From assembly GCA_030704615.1 (NCBI GenBank), contig CM060734.1, positions 63,674,001 to 63,738,000 of the forward strand: 64,000 nucleotides of DNA, in the 5' to 3' direction. This DNA comes from Takakia lepidozioides. Its lineage: Eukaryota > Plantae > Bryophyta. Below, in pieces: positions 25,111 to 38,699 of this stretch. Numbering within the stretch: the stretch's first letter is position 1; each line of letters begins with the position of its first letter. Position numbers and translations under genes: made by a program. The notes below the pieces were generated by a model. It was not told the DNA's origin. It did no database searches and saw only the letters and a program-made list of their open reading frames with translations.

Positions 25111-26653
25111 ATGAGAGCAAAATTTATGTACCTACAATCACAAATTTTTATTACGGTGCCGAAATTCGAAACACGCACACGGGTGATTGCAAACTAGAGT
25201 GGACCAAAAACGACAGATCATGAGTACATAAAAAGTACATAAATGAGGATGTGACGAATCCTCAACCATCGGATTTGCTTCAACTGACAATCTTGACCGT
25301 CTATTATTGACTGTTAAAACCAAGATTTTCAAATTGTGATAATATCAATTCACAATTTTTTTTTGAAATTTGATCATAATCAACTCTGCATTTATGGTGA
25401 ATGAATGCGTCTAATGAAAAAAGTTTTGTTATTTCAAAAGAATTTAGTCATAAAGGACTTTATGAAAATAGCTATTTTTAAGGCTCAATATAGTACATAA
25501 TTTTTTTTTAACTTCATATTTTTGAATGATAGTTTTCATTCCAGATTCCTCATTCTCCAAAGCAAGGTTGAGAGAGTCCATTTTCTTGACTTTGTTCTAA
25601 CTCCTATATTAAAAAAATCCCTAACGTCTTTTTTTTATGGACTGTGACAATTCTTTATGGACTTTTTAAAAGTCCATAGCATCTAGAGATTCTGGTTTTT
25701 GATAATGATATTTAAAAGTGTGAAAGTATATGTAGATGAGCCTCTATACATTAATCCCTTTTTATTGATGGCATTGTCATGTAGGAGTATGATAATTACC
25801 ACTATTCTATGTCTGGAAAAAACAATGCTGTGATAGCAAAAAATGGACACTGTAGGCTGCAATCACCCACACGGGCCACTTCAACAACAATCATACTACT
25901 GCTGCATCAAGCAAGTGGAAGTTCCCAATACACAGGTATTTCGGTGCCTGAATACCCACTGGACCATGCATCAATTCAGAGGCAGGACCGGCGTAGGCCT
26001 ATATGGGATTCCGTGGGACCAGTTGCCCAGGATTCACAAGTTCCTGGATATTTTGGCGCCACAATACCAACCTCAGTAGCGCTCTGTTTGTAGGATACAA
26101 TGACAGCAATTGCCTAACATTCACATCTTGCAGAGGGGTATTTTGGCGTCGCAATACCTACCGCTGTTTGGCTAAATTCACAGTTAGAACCCAAACTGCA
26201 AACAGGTGGATGCATTCGCAGCAAAGTACCTGAACAGGACTCGCATTGCCGCTTTGTCGGCCCCCTCCTGCTCTTCAATGTATACGATGCGTCTTGCCTT
26301 TGCAACTTTTCTAAAAAACAGGTTTGGGAAGTGCCCTCGCCAAGACTGTAGTTATCCATTGTCTCCGGTTTCGTCCAGTTGATCTGCAACTTGAAAGTGG
26401 TGGTATTGCAATCCAATTACACCTGTGCGTGGGTCAGTATATATAGCATTGCAGGTCTCCGAAATATTCATGAATTTGAAACTGCGATGAAGTCCAACAG
26501 ACGCAAGAGGAGGACATTATACCTGATGCCACCAAGTCATGACATTCAGCCAGTCGTTCATTTTGTCGTCAGTTGGCTCGATGGGCAAGTGGTATAGATT
26601 GCTCATGTGAAGCTTCCATGACATCATCCATTTTCAACACATTCACTATGATC

Positions 26654-29540
26654 TTAAAGATGATCTTCTGGATCTCTTATCAAGACTAACGGCTGTACAC
26701 TCTTTTGATCTGCCATTGTTACTGTGAATGGGGTTGGTTTCATGTTACTTAGACCAAGTTTCTGCCTTAATTGGTCTGTCATAATATTCACTCTCAAGCC
26801 CCCATCTATCAGTACATCAGTCAGGTCTATGCTTCCAATTCTCAAATGGATTACTAGCATTGAATCATCAAAGTCCATGACTGTTTCTCGCCCTTTAGGC
26901 TTTACATTATAACTTGTCACGTTGTTGTTCATGTCCGTGACTGGGACGACCATGGCTGAAACAGGCCAGGGTATTCCATGACTGGAATTCCTAGTTACTA
27001 ACTGTGCATGATGGGAAGCACAAGATACAAGTCACCACTAAGAAATCTAGTAGGCTACCTGCTACCAGAAGACCTCGTGGAGTCATAGAATATGACTGGA
27101 GAGGAGGGCTTGACGAGGAGCAGGAAGCTACTCTGTTTGCTGCACACCCAAAGTGGGAGCAGGTTGCAGAAATGCAACTGGGAGGCCGGAGTTCCTTTAA
27201 GGATATCTGCTGTGGTGCAGTAACAGCCACATCAATTGAGGGAGAAACAAATGATTATCCACCACATTTCTATGAAGAAAGAGAGGGAGAAATAGAAATC
27301 CTAGAGGAACCAACCACTGTGAGTTTATAGGATGAAGTAGTGGTTGGATGGACAATCACAGCTGAAGAGCAGGTGATAGAAGTGAATGTGGGAACTGAGG
27401 GAGAACCAAGAATGGTGAAAGTGGGGGCTGATTTGGAGCCAAAATTCTTTGAGGAAGCTAAGAGCTTGTTTATCAAATACAAAGATGTATTTGCTTGGAG
27501 CTATGAAGATCTGAAAGGGATACCACCTGAGATCTGCCAGCATAAGATTGAACTAGAACCAGGGTCAGTACAATTAAACAGACAAGGTACAGGATGAATC
27601 CCAACTATGCACAGAAGGTTGGGGAAGAGATCAAGAAGTTGGCTGATGCTAAGTTCATATACCCGATAGAGTATACAACTTGGCTATTACCCATTGTGAT
27701 AGTTCCCAAGAAGAATGGCAAACTGAGAGTTTGTGTGAACTATAAGAAATTGAATGATTGTACAAAGAAAGATCCCGTTCGTATGCCATTCACAGAAGCT
27801 ATACTCGACACTGTGGCAGGCCATGAGATGTACTCATTCATGGATGACTTCAGTGGGTATAATTAAGTACAAGTAGCAGAAGAAGACCAAAGAAAGACAA
27901 CTTTTATCACAGGCTGGGGTGCTTATGCATACAAAGTCATGCATTTTGGACTTTGTAAATGCACCAACAACTTTCCAGAGAGTGATAAGTGAATCTTTCC
28001 ATGAGTATCTGGATGACTTCATGCAAGTGTTCTTATATGACTTCAGTGTGTACAGCTCTAAGAATGAGCACTTGCAGAAGTTGGAATTATGTTTGGCCAA
28101 ATGCAGGATGAGAGGTCTTGGGCTGAATGCAGAAAAATGTACTTTCTGTGTGAACTCTGGAGTTCTTTTGGGACACATTGTGTGTAAAAACGGACTGCTT
28201 GTTGATCCTAGAAAGACAGAGGCTATTAAAGCCTCACCACCACCAAGTAATGTTAAGGCTCTAAGGAGGTTCCTTGGACAAACCGGTTATTACAGAAGGT
28301 TTGTCAGGCGATATGCACAGAAGGCAGCACCATTGAGTAAACTTTCAAGAAGGTTGCAGTGTTTGCATGGATAGCTGAATGTCAACAGACCTTTGAGGAA
28401 CTTACATTGTCAATAACAACTACACCTGTGCTGATTAACCCACATTGACATATGGTATTTCATGTACACTGTGATGCCTCAAGAGAAGCATTGGGGGTTG
28501 TGTTAGCCCAAAATGTCACATGAAACATAGATTCACTTGTGTATTATGCTAGCAGACTGCCACTGCAAATAAACTCGCATCAGGCAATTGATCGTCCACT
28601 CCTGTGGCAGACTCTCCTGTTGAAAGGCATGACAAGTGATCTGCCACAAGATGCAAACGTCCAGGTTTGTAAACAACTTCGAATTCAAACTCATGCAGTA
28701 TAATCAGCCATTTGGCTATTCTTCCACTTATCAAAGGCTTGTTCACCAAATAAATCAGAGCTTGATGATCCACATAGAACATAAATTTCCTTCCAACCAA
28801 ATAATGCCTGAACTTCTTGACTGAATAAATCATTGTCAAAGCTTCTCTTCGGTGGTGCTATAGTTCATTTCAGCACTGACTATGATACCTGTAGGGAGCA
28901 GCAGGGCGTGCGATTCCAGTCGACCGTTTGAACATCTAGGGGCCGATTAAAATGGCTGTAGACAACGGTTTGCTGCTTATTCCTCACCACAACATCCGAT
29001 CACTATTCAAGCAGAGGTAAGTTAGGAGAGCTTGACTTCCATGACAAACTACACATTTGGTTATTCTTTCAACGACACGGTTCACAACAGTCTCGCAATT
29101 CTAGGTAGAAATTTTCACGTTGTTTCAATGCAGTTCATGAGGACGCTGGAGGCGTGGAGCACGCATGCTCATGATATGATTTCATTTTCATGACCAAGCT
29201 GGTCTGGTATGAGCCCAGGTGTTAGCGTTTCACTATATTGCCCCCAATATGTTCTGCCCGGGGTATTGTCAGTTGCTTATACCCGCCTAGTCTGGTACCC
29301 TGCCACGATACCCTTACCCGTGCTGATACCCCACCTCACCCCCATATACCGGTCCAACAGTGGTATAAGCATCTTTTAAGAACTCCATCAGGTCCTAGCT
29401 TATACAATCTTCCACCTATCATAGTGTATGGTAAAGTCTTGATAACTATTCTCTTCATCTGCTCCTTCCCATAACTGGGTGGGCATTGTCCATGAGTAAG
29501 GTAGTATCTGATTGGCCACTGCTAATCTAACCAGTCATCT
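26654..29540 (+). mobile_element. Decayed non-chromoviral Ty3/gypsy pol with internal inversions
   Basis: Protease VLIDGG on minus (26654-26938); RT and first part of RNase H on plus (26940-28560); rest of RNase H on minus (28560-28880); WPIRYYL linker on minus (~29370-29530). Same family type as 15393-21450. Confidence 0.9.
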
Positions 29541-29749
29541 GCTCCCTGCAGCATTTTTGGCTTCATGAACGTTGCAGACCTCTTCCATTTGTGGGCCATA
29601 TCAGTAGCCATGTTGATGTTTCGCCGTTTCCAATACACCACACTTTTATGTTTTACACCTTACAAGCTTTCCTACAGCTATTCCAAACAAGGCCTTCTTG
29701 TTTGTCCAGGATGAAAAGAATTAGAGGGATGGAGGATCTTAGGGTGAAG

Positions 29750-30402
29750 AGCACGACAATTCTACAGAAGCAGACAATCGCTACACCACAGGTAGTGCAG
29801 CTGCTGAAGGAGCTGCGGTTGGAGGGGTTGCTACGTAAAGAGTGATCTTTGTATCATCGGGGATTGATGATCCAATTCATCCAGAACTTCGAGCCTTGGA
29901 TAGGAGTTACTTAGGTAAAGGGCGTAGATATAGAGGTTACTCCGCAGTACTTGCAACAATTGTTTGAAGTACCATCTGGTAATGTGAACGTGGATGAGCA
30001 CATGGCAAGATTGCAAATAGGGGATCTGTTCCAAGAAACGAGTTTCTTCAGGAACCAGGGATTCACTTGCACTAAGGCCGAGTATCCAAGGTTGAGGGAA
30101 ATTGGCCAAATACTGAACATTTTGTTTGCCATGAAACAAAACCAACAATATCTTAGCAGATCTTTCACGGAGGAGATACTGAAAGCTTTGAGAGGAGAGG
30201 ATGTAGCTTGGGCGGAGATGATGTAGCTTGGGCGGAGATGATGTACAGTGGTCTAGTGGAGGAGATGAAACGGTTACAAAATACTACTGCCAAATCTCCG
30301 ATCATTGTGTCTGGCCCAATTATTGCACAAATTATCTTTGATTCTTGCTTGCTTGATGCGCGAGAACGCAAGATAATGGGGGTGTTTGAGGCAGCCACAA
30401 CT
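29750..30402 (+). pseudogene. Retrotransposon accessory ORF remnant (plant-transposon-protein-like)
   Basis: GVDIEVTPQYLQQLFEVP...VAWAEMMYSGLVEEMK. A 20-bp tandem duplication at 30201-30240 shifts the frame. Family assignment tentative. Confidence 0.4.
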
Positions 30403-31375
30403 TGTCGTGCACCTCACTTCGGTAAGCTCCCCTTCAAGTCATAGTTACTCGCTTTGATGCGCGCGCCTAACTCCCAAACTGGCCGCCGGACCAACTCGGA
30501 GCTTCGGCTACTCACCGGGACATAACGGTCCCCCTTTAATCCTCCACGAGACCCTCTCTCAATTTGGGCCAAGTGGAAATTCCCTTTGGTCGATGGCAGT
30601 CCGGAACAGCTCTCCACACCTTGGTCGCTTTCCGGCTCGCACGCTTACTCACTAGTTTTTGGACACCAACGGGCTTGCACCGTTCTCGGGGTTACTACTC
30701 CCTATATATACTTCTATGACTGTCCGCGGGGGTTTCACAAACAACACCATCATTTTATGGCGAACCACCACAAAGACCCTTGACTCCCGGTGATGAGTTG
30801 CGGTGAGTCTTGGCCCACCCACCACGGCCCCAATGGGCCTTGATGAGTCCCAAGACTCCCCACAATTCCCACCACAAGGTCTCCGCCCCACGGTGAGTCC
30901 TATGCTACCCCCACTAAGTCCCACTAAGCTACAACCACCACCCCTCGTGGAACCACCCCCCACTGCAACCCGATGTGCGGGGTTCCACCTAGTGAGCGCC
31001 TCCGCCTCCTTGAGTGCCTTGGGAACTCAAGGGTGCTTCAGCCCCCATACCTATTGTTGTCACTGCCCCCACTACAAGGGCAGCCCCTCTTGTGTCCCGA
31101 CCCCCTGCCCTCAAGACAAAGGGCCACGATACACACCCCTACCAACAAGGAGTCGATGTCCTCATTGACTTGTCCATTTTGTAGAAACGACCATCCAAGT
31201 TGTGGTGTCCTACATCAAGGAGTTTGTTCCCGTACCATGGCGTCCCATGGCAAAGAACCAAACCCCCCACTTGACTCTATCACCATTCCAAACAAAATAG
31301 GAAACACAACATTTGGAAACCATTTCATTTATAACAAAATTTGTACAACACAAGTTTTTGCAATCGGATTCCTGA
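30403..31375 (+). mobile_element. LTR (family A) with internal deletion
   Basis: Starts TGTCGTGCAC, ends GATTCCTGA; inverted match to 13837-15392; TATATA at ~30703. Confidence 0.75.
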
Positions 31376-34300
31376 GCTAGCTAAGTTGGGCTAAGCATGC
31401 GTTTCCTCCCCCACGATCCAAGGTTGATGTCCCCATCAACGCTTCTTCCACTTTTGAGGTCGCCCTTCGAAAGCTGCAATTGCCTCGGATGCATTTCCCA
31501 TTTTAGAGGCACGCACCCAAGTTGCCTCCACTTGATGATAGCCCTTCTATGTTTCTCGATTCTTGAACCTCATCGACTTAAGCACTGCCTCCACCTCGTA
31601 CTCAGGTTCATTTTCATGATCCAATAACATAGGTGGCGGACGCAATACTTGATGTCGATTCGGACGCGCGTCATCTTTGAAGTAAGGCTTTAAAAGGGAG
31701 ACGCAGAATACCGGATGCACCTTGCTGTTTGCCGGTAGCTCCAATTCATACACATCCTCATTCATAACCTTTCGGATGTGGAAGGGCCCTGCGTACGGAG
31801 GTACGAACTTCGGACTCACTTCCAAAGGTAGTCAAAAATTCATGATGTTCAACCAGACCTACGTGCTTGCCTCAAACTTAACTTCCCTCCGCTTCCGATT
31901 TGCCTGCCGTTCATACCGTTTCCTAACTTTGGCAATGTTGTACTTTGTGAGCTTCAACAAATGCTCGCGTTCTTCCAGCACCGCTGCTACTGCCGGTTCC
32001 TCAACGTCCTGGGCGGCCCAACTTGTCGGCACCAGAGGTGCTTTTCCATAGACCAATACGAAATGAGAAACTCCCGTTGCGGAGTGTTTTGTGTTATTAT
32101 AACAGAACTCTGCCGCATCCAAGTGTTCCACCCAGTCTGATTGGTTTGCCGACACATAATTCCGCAAGATCTGCTTCACCACAGAATTCACTCTTTCCGG
32201 TTGGCCGTCCGTTGTAGGTCGGAAGGCGGTGCTCATCTTGAGCCTCATCCCCATCTTTTTCTCCAAAATTTACTTGTAAACTTTGGATCACAGTCCGAGA
32301 CAATTTCCTTCGGGAGTCCATGATGCTTGAAGACGTGGGCGAAGTAAAGTCGCCCCGTCTCCTGCGCCGTTGCCGTCTCTTTGGTGGGAATAAAATGGCC
32401 CTTTTTACTGAACCTATCAACTACCACCATTATTGCATTGAATCATTTGACAATGGCATAGCAGTCATGAAATCCATCGAGACACTTTCCCAAGACCCAT
32501 ATGGAATCGGCAAAGGTTGTAACAGCCCCGCTTGCTTTTTGTACTCGCTCCGATTTTGTTGGCATGTGGTGCATGTCTTGACATACTCTTCGGCCTCCTC
32601 CCTCAGTTTGGGCCAGAAATACTCTTTCTTCAAGAATACCGCGGTGCACTTGGCTCCGCCGTGGCCCGCAAGCGGGCCATCATGGCATTATCTCAAGAGA
32701 CTATCTCTGATCCCTCCCTTCGGCACGTAGAGACGCTTTTGCTTGTACCGGAGCAGTCCATTTTGCAAGTGGAATTGCGATTTAACCCCCATCCTCAAGT
32801 CCCGCATCACGGACTTCACCATCTCATCCTTCCGGTAAGCCTTCCGGATCTTCCTTTGGAGCGCTGTCTTGCCCCTGTACACCAACATGAGCTGCTGCTT
32901 TCTACTTAAAGCATCGGCCACCACATTGTCTCATCCCGGTTTGCACTGAATATCCACGTCAAACACCGCCAAAGTGTCTTGCCACCTAAGTTGTTTTGGG
33001 GACAACTTAGGCTTTGTTGCAAAATACTTCACTGTGACATTATCCGTGAACACCTTCACCGGGTTGGAACCAACATAGTGGCGCCAAAGCTCAAGGTAAT
33101 GCACCACCGCCTTCATTTCTTTCTCGTGCGTAGGCCACCGTCGCTCCACTTCATTCAGTTTCTTACTTTCGTAAGCCACTGGATGTCCATCCTGCATGAG
33201 CACACCCCCAATTGCGAAGTCCGATGCATCTGTATGAATCTCAAATGGACGATCGAACTCCGGGATTTTCAGGATTGGAGCTTCCGCCATTTGCTGCTTC
33301 AACTCGGCAAAAGCTTGGCCACAAAAGGTGTTCCATACCCCCTTGGATTTACACAGAAGGTCTGACAGCGGCCCCGTAATCTTGACGAAATTTCTCACAT
33401 ATTTTCGGTAATAGGATGCGAGTCCTAGGAATGATCGCACTCCTGGGACCAAAGTCAGAGGCTCCCAGTCCAAGATCGCCCTCACCTTTCTGTCATCCAT
33501 TTTGATCACATCCCGTGTAATCACATGCCCTAGGAACTCCACTTTTGTGACCCTGAATTCGCACTTTGAAGCTTTGGCATACAACTTCCCTTCCCGCAAT
33601 TTCTGGAATACCCTTTTGAGGTGCTCCAAGTGCTCTTCTTTTGTTTTCAAGTACACCAAGATGTCGTCGATGTACACGATCACAAAGTCATCCAACCACT
33701 CCTGGAAAAGTCTGCTCATTAGAGTGCTAAAGGTTGCGGGTGCGTTGGTGAGCCCAAAAGACATCATCAAGAACTCATATGAACCATATCTTGTCATGCA
33801 CGCGGTCTTCTCCTCATCTCCTTCCGCCACTCGGATTTGATGATAGCCGGAGCGGAAATCGATCCGGCTGAAATACTTCGCTCCTGCCAACCGATCGAAG
33901 AGGTCGTCGATCCTTGGCAAATGGTACCGGTTTTTTATAGTCACCTTATTCAGAGCCCTATAATCGACACACATCGCAACGTCCCATCCTTCTTGTCTGC
34001 GAATAGCACAAGGGCCCCGTAAGGTGACTTACTCGGCCGGATGTACCCCTTTGACATCAGATCCTTGAGCTTGACCAACTCTCTGTGGTTCAACCGGTAG
34101 GGCGCCTTGGCAGGCGGCTCCGATCCCAATATCACCTCAATCTTGTGGTCAACTCCTCTTCGTGGTGACAAGCCACTTGGTAGATCCTCCGACATCACAT
34201 CCTGGTATTTCTCCAAGATCCCTTTGATCCAATCTGGGCTCAGCTCCCTATCGACTTCTCCTTCCACTTGTCTTATGTAAAGCAAAAACTGGGGCTCGTG

Positions 34301-35240
34301 TGGCTCTTCCACGGCCCACTCCTTTGCTGACAGCAGGTTTATTTGCCCTCCCACTCAGTTGGACGTTTCCGAAACCTGTAAAACTTCGCCACCATTCCCA
34401 CACGGTAACGTGACTATTCTCTTGCGGCCATCTATGACCGCTCTGGATTTGCTCAAAAAGGTCATCCCCAAAATGAGATCCACTCCATTGATCTCGCAAA
34501 TGGTGAAGTTCTTACGTCCCTCCCAACTCCCGAGCTGAAGAAGAACATTGAACGCTAACCTCGTCGCCAATTGTGGTTCTCCTTTGGCCGAATGCACTTC
34601 ATGGAGGCCCCCACATCACTTGTCAGGAGCCCCAGCTTCCGTGCCGTTGCCGGTGTCACGAAGGAGTGTGATGCTCATGTGTCCACCAACAACGACACGT
34701 TAGTTCCGAAAATTATCCCACTCACGAACATTAATTAACTCCCTTTACGCAAGGCCCCAGTTTCCTGATACAACCCTACCTTGCAAGTCTTGGCGACCAC
34801 CGCCTCCACCAAGCGGCTGATGGAATCTTTGGACAACTCCGTGGTCGCCCGAGTCATGTTCAATTGTCGGGGTTTCGCGCACTTCTTAGTCATATGCCCG
34901 GGCTCCCCGCAATTAAAGCACACTTCATCGAAGGTCGCCTTCTGTCCGCCATAAGCCGCCGCACCTGATTTTTCTTTCGGAGCACCGGGTGCCGCCTTGA
35001 CGTGTGAAGGCCCTCCCTTCGATTTCCATGTGCCATTGTCCTATCCCACTTTTTTTCCGGTCGGAAGGAGTCACCCTCCCGCCGGGCCTTCTTGTGGTTC
35101 AGCTCCGTATGGCCTTGTCTTTCACCCCTAGGGACATCCGAGAAACATTCAGCCCTTTCAATTGCCTCCTTCGAGTTGTGTTCTCATTACGGCCTTGTAC
35201 AATTCCAATTTGGCGGGCCTGCAGCGTCTGCCTCCGGATG
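31376..35240 (-). mobile_element. Chromovirus (Ty3/gypsy with chromodomain), frameshifted
   Basis: CFNCGEPGH knuckle; protease DLILGM; RT MCVDYRALN/VYIDD; RNase H HTDASDF; integrase SMDF, SDCDPKF, GPF; chromodomain EYEVEAVL; PPT GGGGGAGGAAA at ~31402-31412. Confidence 0.95.
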
Positions 35241-36117
35241 AGCAGCCAAACAATGCAGAACATGAGGTGGAAGAGGAGGAGGAAGTGGAGGAGGAGGAAG
35301 TCTAGGAGGTTCGTCCGATTTCGGGACGCCCCTCTACAGTATTTGCTCCCGGATAGGGCTCTTGACTTGCTCAGTCACTCTTCTGGGCAAGGGAATTTAT
35401 TGTTGACACTAAGAGAGAATCGGAACAAGTTTGTCCTGGATGTTTGTGCATTTCATGATGTTGTGGATGAGCTCCCACCTGGCCTCCAATATCTGCATGT
35501 TTTCACGAACCTGACCTCTATAGATATCTTGTATCTTCATGTGCGCCATCTAAATCCAGAAAACGACAATGCACAGTGGATGACTACCGCGCCACTCCTA
35601 ATTCTGGACCTGTGGTTCGATGACTCGGTGGTTCGTGTTGTTGATATCAACGCAGCAACATAGAGCGTTAAGGATTATTGTGGAGGGTGATTAGAGGGCA
35701 CATGCTCCGGGTTATGGTAGGTCCAAGGTTTCTTATGGTGCAGTGGTCCATTTTTTATGATGGAAGCTCAGAGTTGTCGCTGTAAAAAATAAAAACATGG
35801 ATTTGATGATATTTGTATTTCGAGCGTGTATGGAAATTTTCTGTTATGTCAATGTGGGGTTGATGTGTTGAATGGGGTCTACAAGTTCAACTGTCTTCTG
35901 ACCCTAAATATGTTATCCTGGTAGTACCATGTCTTGTGAGGGCTATAAGTTTGTGTCTCTTTCATGTCCTGTACGATGTTTTTCAATCATGACGGAGAAT
36001 AACGGGGCCAAAATACCTCATTCCGCATCCGCATCTAGAAGAAAAAGAACCTATTATCGAGGTATGAAGACCTAATACCGTCAATAAAGACACCAAAATT
36101 CCAATTCCGCGGATGCC

Positions 36118-36161
36118 CGCTCATGAGCTCATAGGCTCATGGCCTCATGAAATAGTAAACC
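36118..36161 (-). repeat. Right terminal repeat of the CATGAG-type TIR family
   Basis: Reverse complement GGTTTACTATTTCATGAGGCCATGAGCCTATGAGCTCATGAGC matches GGGCTGCTATTTCATGAGCCATGAGCCATGAGCCATGAGC at 2554. Confidence 0.65.
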
Positions 36162-36757
36162 TCTCTGTAAGGGGTTTCACAAACAACACAATCATTTTAT
36201 GGTGAACCACCACGAAGGCCCTCGATTCCCTGTTATGAGTCGCGGTGAGTCTTGGCCCACCCACCACGGCCCCAATGGACCGTGATGAGTCTCAAGACTC
36301 CCCACTCAGCCCCATGGTGAGTCCTATGCCACCCCCACGAAGACTCCGTGAGCTACCGCCACCCCACGTGGAGCCCCTCCACCACTGCAACCTGGTGTGC
36401 GGGGCTCCACCTAGTGAGCACCTTTGCATCCTTAAGTGCCTTGGGCACTCAAGGGTGCTTCAGCCCCCATACCTACCGTTGCCACTGCCCCCACCACAGG
36501 GGCAACCACTCTTGTGTCCCGACCTCCCCGCCTTCAAAGCAAAGGGCCGTGACACACGCCCCTACCAATATGGAGTCGATGTCCTCATCGACTTGTCCGT
36601 ATTTGAGGAAACTAACATTCAAGTTGCGGCGTCCCACATCAAGGAGTTTGTTTCCGTGCAATGGCGTCCTATGGCAAAGAACCAAACCCCCACTTGACTC
36701 TTACTCCCCACTAGCTAGTTCGGCCGACTTCTTCCAAGTCACGGCCGAGGGTGGAGT
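36162..36757 (+). mobile_element. Internal fragment of LTR family A
   Basis: Matches 30725-31277 and the reverse complement of 14465-15065; followed by (TTTAGGG)2 at 36758-36771. Confidence 0.85.
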
Positions 36758-37584
36758 TTTAGGGTTTAGGGCAAAACGTGACCGGGCTGAATGCCCACCA
36801 CCTTGCACAGGCACATCTGGGTGGGATCCGCTGCCCACACAGGCGACATGCAGCCCCCCTCAATCCCTCGCAGGTACCTGGTGCCAAGTACTTGCCACGT
36901 GGGCGGGTCAATACGCCGGATATCCCTAATCCACACAACATTAGGGTTAACCGACCTTCAAAACATTCCTGCGGTGCAGATTTTATTTTATTTCCAGTGC
37001 CGTAACTTGCTCCGCACGCTTGACCCCAGCCTGCACACTTTTGCTTTAGGAAAATTTTTCATCCGAGTTCATCCGCTGATTTCTAACATATTAGAGCGGC
37101 ACATGAACCCTTATATTTAGATAAGTGTCATGGGAAAAAATGAGTAAGCAATGTTTTTTTTTGGATCTAGCACACTAAATGAAGTCTTTGCATTTTGGAC
37201 TATTTTAATAGGAGTGAATTTTGCCCATGTTGGAGAGCTTCGAGCAACCATGACAACAATCATCCTTGTATTGTTTGTGTGAGTTCGTGACCAATGGTGC
37301 ATATACAGCTAACAAGAGCAGTACACGAGCACATGCAGCTAGTGAAGTTGCTGAGATTAACAATTTGAGTCAAGCAGCACAAGTTTGTTAATGTCGCACA
37401 ATTGCAGCCCTCTAAACATCGAGAGCGATCAGCGATACTACATCACAAAGGAAGGGGATGCATTTCAGGCATTTAGTGTAGCAAGTGCTATGTGGGCGGG
37501 CATGTTAATTTGAAGCTCTTACATATTGATCAGATAATGGATGGGTTGTGCAACTCGGTGGCATGGTAATAAATTTGGACTTTA

Positions 37585-37950
37585 GGGTAAGTTGGCCTAT
37601 GACCGAACAGACGTTTATGACCAAACACCCCATAACACTTCCGTCAATGCCTATGACCATATAGTGCTAGTCCCACGACTGTCTATTATTGCTATTGGCA
37701 AATGATTATTTGATATAACGCCCCCAAAAATTTGATTGGTCATAGAGCTCTTGGTGCACACAAGCATTCTGATTGGTTCGCCTTTGAAACCTTACAACTT
37801 TGTGTAAAATTCAAGAAATCAAATAGTTCCAAGTGTGTGGGTTGCCCCATACGTGGGACACCTTACCCATTTTACACGGGAAAAAACTGACAAATTTTTT
37901 TGTTGGATTTTTCACCATCATCATTTGAACGGTCAAGGGCCAACATACCC
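37585..37950. mobile_element. TA-flanked MITE (Tc1/mariner-type TSD)
   Basis: TIRs GGGTAAGTTGGCCTATGACCG / CGGTCAAGGGCCAACATACCC, with TA on both sides. Related copy at 48727-49084. Confidence 0.75.
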
Positions 37951-38367
37951 TAGTGTGACGTGGTATAGGCGACCACTTGATAATCGAGCTGCGAATGTCA
38001 ACAACTCTAGCAAACTGCATGTAGCACGTCTTGGCGGCTCTGCAAATGGCACATGCAAGTCAAAACTCGGCGCAATCAACTCACAGGACCCATCCGCCAA
38101 GCTCCATCCCATCTATCGGGTGCGCTACAAACATGCTAATGTGGAAGGATGCTCGGACTTCCGTCAACGTTTGTAGTGTCAAACGTGTCTTGTGCTGAAA
38201 TGTTAATGTGAGATGAACAATCATTTCAAAAAATTAGGGTGTCACAGATCTAAGGAAATGGCCTTCTACCACTTCGGACAGGTTTCATAAAATTGAGCAA
38301 TAACTATAGTTGACATAGATGCACATTAGTATTCACCAAAATCAATAAAACTCAAACTCAACCAACA

Positions 38368-38587
38368 GTCAGTAGCTCAGTTGCTTAAGTGCACTGAGTG
38401 CCACCCAGATGATTCTGGGGTCAAATCTTGCTACTGACGGGTGTGGTATGGTTCCTGGGCAATGTCCCACTCATTTGCCTCCATGGCGCATAAATGAAAG
38501 AGGTTATTTTCTCCTCTCACGAAGGGGCCTGATTTGTGAGCTGTCGCTCCTAGGTGTTTCCCTTATTTAAAAAATATATATAAAAAA
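38368..38587 (+). mobile_element. Putative tRNA-derived SINE
   Basis: A-box TAGCTCAGTTG, B-box-like GGGTCAAATC about 45 bp downstream, A/T-rich tail. Confidence 0.55.
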
Positions 38588-38699
38588 CTCCTATTACCAT
38601 CACAAGCCTCCATCACATCAGCACAATGATTTAAGAAGAACAAATAAATTCGGGTCCCAAATTCTGGCAGGGCCTATTCCTGAAGGTCAGAAAAAGGGA

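Noticed and set aside
2553-36161. One 33.6-kb transposon bounded by the outermost TIRs
   Set aside because: No TSD, the flanks lie in different repeats, and internal ends exist at ~12100-12220.
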